From the NCBI GenBank assembly GCA_001724265.1, contig MEDY01000149.1, forward strand, positions 1-64,000: a DNA stretch of 64,000 nt, read 5' to 3'. This DNA comes from Rhizaria sp. SCN 62-66 (Eukaryota). The translations under genes were made by a program, and so were the position numbers. The notes beneath the pieces are model-generated. The model was not told where the DNA came from, did not search any database, and saw only the letters and a program-made list of their open reading frames with translations. Each line of letters starts with the position of its first letter. Positions within the stretch are counted from its first letter, which is position 1. Shown here piece by piece: positions 20,801 through 28,308 of this stretch.

Positions 20801-23570
20801 CGTCTCGCAGGGCGGCGCCTCTATCTCCGCGCCCGTCACCGCCTCCGCCGCTGCTGCCGCTGAGGACCACACCACCGCTGCTGCCCCGACTGGCGAGAAC
20901 AAGCGGCGCTTCACCGTGCTGCCCGCCGGCGGCGCGACCGCTGCCGCGACGGCCGGCTCGTCCGGCTCGTCCGGCCTGTCGGCCGACACGGACGCGGCCG
21001 ACGTCGCGCTCGCTGCAGCCGCCGCAGACACCACCGAGGTTGGTCTCTCTGCGGCCTCGGCCACCGTGTCGCTCGCCGCGGGCCACCGCATGACATACTA
21101 CGATCTGGTGACCGTGGGCGGCGTCGCCGAGGTCTCGGGCATGCCCGTCACGGTGCGCTACGACGCCGACATCACGCTCCCCGCGCGCCCCCGCGCCAGC
21201 GCCGGCTCCGCGGCCCCCGCGGCTCCCGCTAAGGGCGCCGTCGTGGTCGCGTTTCTGCAGCCCGCCGAGGACGGCAGCGGCGGCGAGGTCGAGGTCGCGG
21301 CCGCCGCGCTGCCGCTGGCCGCACTGACCGAGGTGCTCGTCGGCAAGCAGGCCGCGCACTTCGGCACCGCGGCGACCGACGGCGTGGACCGCGAGCAGTG
21401 CTTCTCGCTCACCTTTGCAGCCACGCCGGCGTCGCCGCCGTACGCCGAGGCCGAGATGCCTGAGGAGGGCGCGCAGGCCGTTGTGGCGCTCAGCGCTGAG
21501 TCGGCCGCGCTCGTCTCGGGCTGGCTGCTTGCGCTCTCGGCGCTGCTCGCCGGACAGGGCATGGACGTCATGCTCAGCAGCAACGCCGCGCCCGCGGCCA
21601 ACCCTGCCAACGGCAACGTGCCCGCGCGCCGCTTCTCCGTCATGCCCGCGGCCGCGCCCGCCGCGTCCGCCGCGTCCGCCGAGCCCGCTGAGGCCGTGCA
21701 GGCCACGGCCGTCGCCGAGCGCCTGGCACCCGCGTCGCGCCCGATCCACCCGGACCCGAACGTGGCGGCGCTGCTGCGCGGCATCACGCTGTACCACTTC
21801 GCCCCGCTGTCGTCCGCCGCGGCCGCAGTCCCGGGCGCGTCGGCCTTTGTCGCCGGCGCGGCGGCGAGCGCTGAGGTGTTCCTGTGGGCCGACTCGCTGC
21901 CCGGCGACGGCGGCCACGTATTGTGCTGGGAGCCTGTCGCGGCGGCGCAGCAGGCGTACCTGTCGACGCCCGCCACACGCTTCCCGCTCGCGGCCGCGAC
22001 GGACATCTACGTCGGGCCGCAGGCCTTCGCGGCCCCGCGTGGCGCCAAGGCCACCGCGCCCGGCGGCCGCGCCGTCGTGCCCGCGCACTGCATCACGATG
22101 CTGGGCGCGGACGGCGAGGGCCGCAAGCTCGCGCTGCACCTCGAGGCGCGCGATGCCGCGGACCACGCGTGCTGGCTCAAGGCCGTGCAATTCCTCGCCG
22201 CCAACGCGGGCCAGACGCTGCTCCGCTCCGAGCCCCCCGCTGCTGCCGCCGCTGCCGCGGCGTCGACGGCCGACAGCGTCAACAGCGAGAGCGACTCCGC
22301 GGCGGCCGCGCCGCTGAGCCCCGAGGACGCGGCCGAGGCGGCGCTGTTCGCGCAATTCTCAGCCTCGCAGCTCGTGCGCCAGTCGCTCTCGGCGACCCCG
22401 CCCGCGCTGCGCCTGCCCGTCTCCGTCAAGGTGCTCTCCGAGGGCGCGCGCTTCACGCTCTACCGCGACGCCGCCGACATCGCCGGCGCGGCGTCGCCCG
22501 CTGAGGCAGCCGAGGAGGCCGCCAAACCCATCTACGTGACGCTGCGGTACGTGCCCGGCGCTGACTCGGGCCGCGGCTACCTGGCCTGGGCCTCAACGCC
22601 CGACTCGCCCGTGCCCGCCGCCGGGCGTGCGCGCATGTCGCGCATGTCGGACCTCTTCCTGGGCGCCTCGCAGGCCGCCTTCGCCGTGCCCCGCGCGCGC
22701 GCGCAGGCCGCGGGCCTGCCGTTCCCGTCGGACCGCTGCGCGTCGCTGGTGTTCCCCAACGCAACGCTGCACATGCACGCGCCCTCGCGCCAGGTCATGA
22801 GCCGCTGGATGTGGACGCTCAACACCGTGCTCCGCAATGCTAACGCTGCGGCCGCCTCGGCCGCCGCGGCTAAGAGGTCCGTCACTGCCGCCTCGGCCGC
22901 CGCGGCCGCTGCGGCGACCGCGACCGCTGCCGCTGCCGCCGCGGCCGCACCCCCGCTGGCGCCTGAGGTCGACACCTCGTCCCCCGCGCCCGCGTCTGCG
23001 TCTGCGGCCGCGCCGGCCCCCTTGACGGCCTCCGAGCCGGCGCCCGTCGCGCTGGCCGCAGTGGCCGCGCGCCTGTCCGTGGCCGCTGAGGTCGCCGCCG
23101 CGGCCGCGGCCGCCGCCGCGGAGCCCGCACTGGACCCCGCGATGGACCCGGCGGTGATGATGATGGCCGCGGGCAACAACTTCTTCGTCTACCCCGCCGA
23201 CGGCGGCGCGCCGACGGAGCGGACGCTTTGGTACGACCCTGCTCAGCACGCGCTCATGTGGGTGCCGCGCCGCGCACCCAAGCGGCCCGCCGCGGACCGC
23301 AGCAACGTGATGCCGCTTAGCGCCATCACAGACGTGTACATCGGCAAAGAGAGCGCCACGCTCAAGGGCACGGCGGCCGCCAACGTCGGCGAGGATGTCT
23401 GCGCGACAGTGCTCGCCAGCGCGGGCACGCCCGAGAGCGCGGGCGAGCCGGTCGGGCTCGATATCGAGGCTGACAGCAAGGAGCAGCTCCAGGCTTGGCT
23501 CGCCGGGCTCTCGCACCTGCTCTCGCTCAAGGGCGCCGACGTCCTGCTCTCCGAGGAGGCTGCGCAGTAA
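14862..23570 (+). CDS. Intronless tandem PH-domain protein (~2900 aa, about 13 PLC/Num1-Mcp5-type PH repeats)
   Basis: A repeated unit of the form (M/L)xxGxxF...L(T/S)D(V/I)Y(V/L)GKQ...C(F/L)(S/T)(L/V)...LDLEA...W(L/V)xG(L/V)xx(L/I) occurs about 13 times, separated by Ala-rich linkers. ATG at 14862, TAA end. Confidence 0.85.
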   Translation: MEEVSVADALAVMCTGSPFYIYANGTKSLVNLFYARGDPDALGSVFWCEPNKTERHDTCKFPLRLLTDVYVGKQTDSLLSIPSSAAADDENCLSLCSDVLTLDLEAASAADVNCWLTGVNHILSTDGEGMVEAVAGGSAVSGAAAEGSDSEDGGDNAQELPSPQQSLEQAQKSAAARRYTVRGPPPSALADIKEEDEDGEEDVAENDEANTSAVSASPAAGKSASAAAAAAAAPALDPNDPLAALKAGTVMVQFEASAGGLPPSARPVFVCWSRPAGQALGSFFLAPAKVPLSAAARRPSAAAAGARAAPRAGDTLAALTPASRALLHSTALAGTAPGCVAVALDTMTDLYLGTEAPDFAEYAALDPEEAFTVANADGRYSFTAADAATLAGWLDGINALLSETGTAVVANEPQPEPSPQSEAKAEAKTDAAEAKPEATASPEAAAAAAATAATPETEAKAETPREAQPQRRYTVKRGDAADAAVAAAAAAAAAAAPAAPVAAPATPAAPVQPQQELGRDISVPRAALNGGLAFTFYPGAVAAKISYDAERRALTATPATAGATLPAAAGTGVLPVSSLADVFLGCQRPALAEAGADRAASLSIVAAGGKVAWDVQAASIEVFSTFMDALSDVIASCGRVVANNNNAATAATAAAASAGVAPAAVVVPGQTPAGPPPKARGPSRRFSIQDPAANAAALAAANTAGAAPEAGAPAAATAAAAAAAPAAPAAPAAAATADGEGWAEADASSLAEMLQRGSHFTGYAQRSDGVVTNKVCLFFMPREELLALAASTPAAGDAAAIKMKNGVGKVRASTLGRLCWCAPNRRVAIKDAYIELDEITDIYLGKQSRLLASAAAKASPRDCCFTVLSRYDQLDLAASSPAVLQAWLKALQRAIVASGRRVAAEAEVPRGEQEDQRLVKKNVSKRFSVTATNSADAAAAAAAATAAAAAAPAPAPARAASASVSAPAKTAAAANPGLRPLSQSVSGPATASAAAPAPAAASAAATALANDTSPVRFMLEGAVFSRYFTFQGKPQTQRVYVYYEPPAANNKDRAGLLVWCDAKVYSRTNRPTGAARATLPLAHLADAYVGRSTASLKALVAESEDARTCFTFVAKVPAPAGAAAGTAPTQTVLSLRADSRPVVDSWVKGVQHIVVGSGKAVSNEKPSAAAEAKGKSSRRFSVAPAAAASASAAAAAPASEMGTAAPGRRFTVKSGSADAAAAAAAAAASAGDSSALWAQIAADPKVATLLEGLTVAVYRYVQKDQPSRGAAVDKATLYLGDAVAKAGAVFVCAHGMSKADRAALEPAKVAAIARGDALCLAVQALTEVAIGREDAFWTLVTPSIAADRCLKLATRGQTLFLVFASAEVCSTAVDTLQYLFELAGKKVFQDETTASTASTDAAAPAAAAATSAPAAATGNKGGALRKMSMLSAVPAPTLPNSAFSSISQGSHFVLYPSPAAAAAGERPRAVFMFYSTEAHGGRGALFWSDSAAGSATAATAATAEGARSLPLEALRVILRGKQTRALRSRAAARAGDAKCLSLLACAVPADAEGDVDAAAGFVCVDLEAETTAHALGWLDGLARVVGLATGSAAAAAAPAGRRTLRRAPDADAAHQRDVVLVQSAAAATSANPNADAADDAALSLDAPAVAAALAGLRCTALSVSGADGKAAAPGAGGFVRVEPGFGRYGALCFGAAADELDSQMLLDSVRLIHYGPAPELAAAAAAAAAATTDADGSSTDATAGEDAAVTVYGARGRRVEMRFAARAQATVFLQALDQLRLEGAAVAQAQRAREDAAEAASVSARGAGVTDGDAAATRPGAATAALQAHVARAGTVMAIGHDHDTVVEILEKGSRFTLVYEDTDSDAEEDSALLSRPITLQYTVYVPGHRGGGLVQRDAKSGVVVGAPFPVDSITDIVVGQYSPTLSTLLAHASASAAAPAAPVDATRALCILGADRELNLLCNSAEERALWLLGLKALLVSQGGASISAPVTASAAAAAEDHTTAAAPTGENKRRFTVLPAGGATAAATAGSSGSSGLSADTDAADVALAAAAADTTEVGLSAASATVSLAAGHRMTYYDLVTVGGVAEVSGMPVTVRYDADITLPARPRASAGSAAPAAPAKGAVVVAFLQPAEDGSGGEVEVAAAALPLAALTEVLVGKQAAHFGTAATDGVDREQCFSLTFAATPASPPYAEAEMPEEGAQAVVALSAESAALVSGWLLALSALLAGQGMDVMLSSNAAPAANPANGNVPARRFSVMPAAAPAASAASAEPAEAVQATAVAERLAPASRPIHPDPNVAALLRGITLYHFAPLSSAAAAVPGASAFVAGAAASAEVFLWADSLPGDGGHVLCWEPVAAAQQAYLSTPATRFPLAAATDIYVGPQAFAAPRGAKATAPGGRAVVPAHCITMLGADGEGRKLALHLEARDAADHACWLKAVQFLAANAGQTLLRSEPPAAAAAAAASTADSVNSESDSAAAAPLSPEDAAEAALFAQFSASQLVRQSLSATPPALRLPVSVKVLSEGARFTLYRDAADIAGAASPAEAAEEAAKPIYVTLRYVPGADSGRGYLAWASTPDSPVPAAGRARMSRMSDLFLGASQAAFAVPRARAQAAGLPFPSDRCASLVFPNATLHMHAPSRQVMSRWMWTLNTVLRNANAAAASAAAAKRSVTAASAAAAAAATATAAAAAAAAPPLAPEVDTSSPAPASASAAAPAPLTASEPAPVALAAVAARLSVAAEVAAAAAAAAAEPALDPAMDPAVMMMAAGNNFFVYPADGGAPTERTLWYDPAQHALMWVPRRAPKRPAADRSNVMPLSAITDVYIGKESATLKGTAAANVGEDVCATVLASAGTPESAGEPVGLDIEADSKEQLQAWLAGLSHLLSLKGADVLLSEEAAQ

Positions 23571-24031
23571 GCCAACGCGCTGCAACGCCATTGACTTGCG
23601 CCTGAGTGGAAGGCGATGTTGTTCTCTTGGTTCTTGTTTGGTTTTATTATTGTGCTGTTTTTGTTTTTGTTGTTGAACATTATTTTTAACCTATAGGTTT
23701 TCATTCTGTGCAGAGTTGGTGTTGTTGAGCGCCCACATTCTCATGTGTGTTACTCGGCGCTTGCTCTCTGCCTGCGCTTTTCACCGTTGCGACTCCAGGT
23801 GCTGGCTGATTACAGCATCTAAAGTTTCTATGGAACAATACATCTTATGATATCGTCACCAATACGATCAATTTGTCTCAATATGACACGCTGTTTCGAT
23901 TCGTAGTCACTTTACAGCTAATGCGCCTCTGCTGCTGGTTGTAGTGTTCTTGTTGGGTGGCAGATGCTGAGCCCATTCTTGACGATAGTCTCCTGAGCCA
24001 CCACGACCGTCAGCGGGATATTTACGTGAAC

Positions 24032-24648
24032 ATGTTTGAGGAGGCTTTTTCTGGTACGTTTTCTGTAAATTATCCTTTGGGAAACTGTCATGCATGCATG
24101 AAACACGACTTGATACACTCTCCACCTCTCCTTTGCTCACTGCCCCTCAGCTTCCCACTCTTTCTCCGCACTCAGTGACGAACATCTGTGACCTCCAGCC
24201 CGACGCGATTGGCCTCGACGTGCTCGTCACGGTTCTCTCTCTGAACCTGACCGTCTCGCATCAGCCCGCGTCGGGCGGCGCGCCCATCCGCGCGTGCGAG
24301 TTCACGGTCGCCGACCACACCGGCAGCGTCAAGCTCCACGCGCGCGGCGCGCACGCGGACGCGCTGCCCCGCGGCGCGCTCGTCCTTGTCCGCGGCTGCC
24401 ACACTGACGTTTTCGACGGGCAGATGCACCTTAAGCTCGGCCAGTGGAGCACCTTCACGGTCGCCGTCCCCGCGCCTGCTGCGGCTGGCGCTGGCGCAGG
24501 TGCTGGGGTCTCGGGCGCTGCCGGCTCCCTGAGTGCGTCCGCCACCGCTGCTGCTGCGGCAGCCGCGACGGGGCTCGTGCCGGTGACCGCCGATCAGCTG
24601 CCCACGCTCCCCGACATGTCGGCCGTGCGTCTGGTGCCGACGGTGTGA
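24032..24648 (+). CDS. OB-fold single-stranded nucleic-acid-binding protein (SSB/NABP/RPA-like); exons 24032-24053 and 24176-24648
   Basis: ICDLQP...LVTVL...EFTVADHTGSVKL...GALVLVRGCHTDVFDGQMHLKLGQW is a typical OB-fold pattern. A phase-1 intron GTACGT...CTCAG joins MFEEAFS to VTNICDL. The start may lie further upstream at 23921 (see findings). Ends in TGA. Confidence 0.8.
24054..24175 (+). other. Spliceosomal intron (122 nt)
   Basis: GTACGT donor, pyrimidine tract plus CAG; phase consistent. Confidence 0.8.
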
Positions 24649-25062
24649 GCCAGCACCGCTCACAGCGTACACCATCACACTCAATAAGAAACGAATGACT
24701 GTGAATAATTGAGACTGTATGTGTCCCCAAGCATTAGAAGTGAAGGTGTTTACCCTATTTTGTGATAGCCATCTGTGTTTTGATGGCATCTTTTGAAGAA
24801 TTGTCTTCTTCAGGCCAGTTGTACCACTACAAAATACAATATTCAATCTTGTCGCGCCCCCACCACAGATTTCTTTCATACCTTCCTCTTTCTGTTGTCA
24901 TGATAGCTATTATCATTCTGCCATGATTTTACACTGTATCAGATTGTTGCATTAGACATCTTGATTTAATGTCGAGTTTTTTTTTTAAGGCCGTACAGTT
25001 CATATCCCAAATAGCTACTTTCTCTTGCAGCGCTGTTAGAAGCGCGATTGTGCACCCAGTAA

Positions 25063-27885
25063 ATGCCCTTCCCGAGGTTTTCGGGTTTCGCACTGGGCTA
25101 CACTGTTGATGAAGATGACATTGATCAACTCGAACAACGAGGTAGCGCTGTTGCAGAGGACGCAGAAGACAGTGCACCCGACTTCGGCGACGGACTGTAC
25201 GATGACCCGGTGTTGGACCCGTCCACCGACACCACCTCCCGCGCCTTCCCGGGCTTCATTGCCGACCTCGTCTCCTGCGCCCCCACCCTCGCCGCCGTGA
25301 CCGCGCTGCATCACTTCTTCAGGGCCGACGCGCCCGACCGCCCGTCGGCGTACACCGAGGACGGCAGCGACATTGCCCCCTGGGTCGAGCACCTGCTCCT
25401 CGCGCTCCAGGTGCCCGAGTTCCTCGTCAACTCGCTCGCCTTCACCGGCGACAACCAGCGCACGTTACGCCAGAAGGTCACGCTCGCCGTGTTCATCGAC
25501 CTGATCGGCAACACAGCGCTGCGGAAGCGGCTGGTCGCCGCCGGAGCCCTCGCGGCCGTCGCGCAGCTCATCACCGTGACGTGCGACGTTGTTCTCATGA
25601 AGTCGGCTGCGCGGTTCATCGACTCGGCGCTGTACGAGCGCGCGTACCTCGCCCCAGAGCCCTGTCTGACTGCGCGGCGCGACGCGCTGGTCGCGATGCT
25701 GCCGCACGTGCAACAGGAGCTGCTGCATACGCTGCTCTCCCCGCCGCTCGACCCCGCGCAAGCGGACCGGGCGTACTTCACTTTCACCACTGTCTGCACG
25801 ACGGTCGCGACGCTGTGCAGCCCGACGCTGGAGCCGCCGCGGTACACCGCGCTGGCCGGCTACGTCGCCGTGGCGCGCTGCGTGCTCGCGCACAGGCACT
25901 TGGACGGGGACAAGCGCAGCAAATAGTTGTGCTGGACCGCGCTCGAGCTGCTCATGCGCGTGTTCGTGATCGACTGCAGCGGCAGCGCGGCAGACGCGCG
26001 CGCACTCGCGCTCAGCGAAGCGTTCGAGGCCGTGATGAAGCTCGTTAGTGACCCAGGCAAGGTGAGGTTGAATGCTTACAAGGAGTCTGAGACCCTTCAC
26101 CTCATGTCTGTCCTGCACCGTTGCGCGCTCGCACTGAGCGACGCAGAGATGGATCTCGTGTTCACTTAGCCACGCGTCGACGCGGTCTGCGCCGCCTTGA
26201 ACGCAGCGTTGAACAATAACGAAGTTTCCCCCAAGTTCCTGCAAAAGGGCAGCTGGATTGCCGTGCTTGCCGGTCTTTGCGCGCGCCTGATCGAGGCAGT
26301 GCCGGCTTTCCGCACGTGGTACGCCGCGAGCGCGCTGAGTATCTGTCTGCCGAATAGGCTTGTGCCGCCGGAGAAGGCGTTCGCAGAGCACCACGCAGAC
26401 GTGTGCTTCATCGTGGCTAACGCGGCGCGGCTCTTTGCGGCGCTCATGTCAACGGCAGAGAACGCGTCGCAGGCAGCGCTACGGCTGCTCACCAACGGCG
26501 CTGTTGTGTTTTGCACAAATGCGCTCCGGTTTAGCTCAATGTGGGGCGACGGCTGCGGTCTGTACACGGACAACTGGGTCGGCATCACTGGCAAGTCCCG
26601 GTGTGGCCGGCCCAACAAGAAGGTCCGGACCGGGCTCAGCGCTGACACGGCGGAGCGGCTCGTGCGCGCGCTCAGGCTGATGATCGCGACGCGCGATACT
26701 GCGGCGCCCGGCGCAGAGACAGAGGAGCGCGCACGCGAAGACCTAGTGGAGCGGAACCCCTTTGCCGCTCAGTTTGTTGAGTTACGCGGAATGCAGGCGC
26801 TGGAGCTGTTGCGCTACGCCGATAGCATGGTGCAGGATGACAGCGAGCCTGCGCTGCAGGAGATCGAGCAGCTGCAGTCCCTGCTCGCGCGCATGGCTGT
26901 GATCGCGCCTGCGGCAGTCTCGGCCGACCGCGCTGCGGAGCTTGTGCGGCGGCGCCAGACGGCCGCAGACGTGCGCCCGTTTGTCTCGTCGACCGGCGTT
27001 TCGTGCTCTGAGCGGACTGCGCTCGATGTTTATATTGCGAGATACTTGCAAGCGAGCGGGGTGCCGGAGTTTTCTCTTCGCAGTCGGGAGCCATTTACGT
27101 TCGGTGGGCGCGCCCGGGCGCCTGATGCTCCAACGGACGCGGCGTTGGCTCTGATGCAGGCGCGCGCTCGGGAGGAGATGATTCACTGCGCACACCAGGA
27201 GATGTCTGGCGGCTCCCAGATGCAGGCGGACATGGTGATGATGGCAACGCTTTTCGACCCCCAGAGTCAAAAGCTCGTCGACCATTCATTCGACATTCAG
27301 CTTGACGATGAGAGATTTCCGAGCCACGCAATGCACTTCCGCGCCGCTTCGTTTAACAACGCTCTCGGGCAATTTGTTCACAAGTGCGTGGTTCCGAACA
27401 GTGGCGGCTTAGCAGCGGATCGGCCATTTGTCACCCTGTACACTCGACACACAGCGATCCCTTGTGCCGCCACAGCCGCGCCGCAGCTTGCAACGGACAT
27501 CATCTACGGCGAGTACGACGTGGCCGCCGCTGCGGCGACCGTACACCCTGCCGGCACGGTGCTATTTTACCCGCGCCACGTCACGCCCCCGCGCTACTCC
27601 GACACGCGCGTTGCGGACGTGCGCTCGAACGTTTCCAAGTCGTGCTCCACGATGTGGTGCCTTGTGTTCAAGCCCTGTCCGGCGAGCCTGCTGCCCGGCG
27701 CAGTGCCCGTCGGCCGTGTGGTGGCGAGCGAGGGGAAGAGGCTGTCGGCGGCGGACGATGAGAGCGACGCATTACCCTTCGACGCTGATGTCCTGGCACG
27801 CTTTGCGGCACTGGCCGAAGAGGGGCCGTGCTGCGGCGGGCAAAACCCCAGTATGATCAAGATAGTGCAGTTCAAGAACAAGTGA
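25063..27885 (+). CDS. Alpha-helical (ARM/HEAT-like) hypothetical protein of ~940 aa with two in-frame TAG codons (25924, 26167)
   Basis: ORFs 25063..25926, 25927..26169 and 26197..27885 share one frame and are separated only by TAG. Amphipathic helical segments (RKRLVAAGALAAVAQLI, FVELRGMQALELLRY) resemble ARM repeats. Ends in TGA. Confidence 0.65.
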
Positions 27886-28308
27886 ACGGCTGACCGCACA
27901 CCAAAATGCATCTAAGTGCGCATGAACGAAGATTTTGTCATTGCCATTAGACATAACGACAAATATATAAGTATGATTTTTGAAACGGAGATTGAATCTA
28001 TTACCATAAAACCTCGTAATCACTACTACGTGTGTCTCTAGTTCAAATGGACACATCAATTCTGATCCAAAAACAATATGGTTGCATATTACGAGATGTT
28101 AAATGCGACACGGGACACTCAACGCAAAATCGCATCAGTCAGATCGTGGCCTCCAAGCTCGAGACATTTTAGATTCAGCTCGAGTTCGCACAACTCACCG
28201 CAACGCCACCCTACACACTATCTCAGACTTAACATCATCACACAATTGTCATTCAATTCACATCGATTCATTACAACTTTGCATCATACCATAACACACC
28301 GTATACCT

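Noticed and set aside
15699-22355. 2218-aa antisense ORF, and many other long overlapping Arg/Pro/Gly-rich ORFs throughout the window
   Set aside because: These are shadow frames produced by extreme GC and GCN-codon bias of the real genes; they show no domain signatures.
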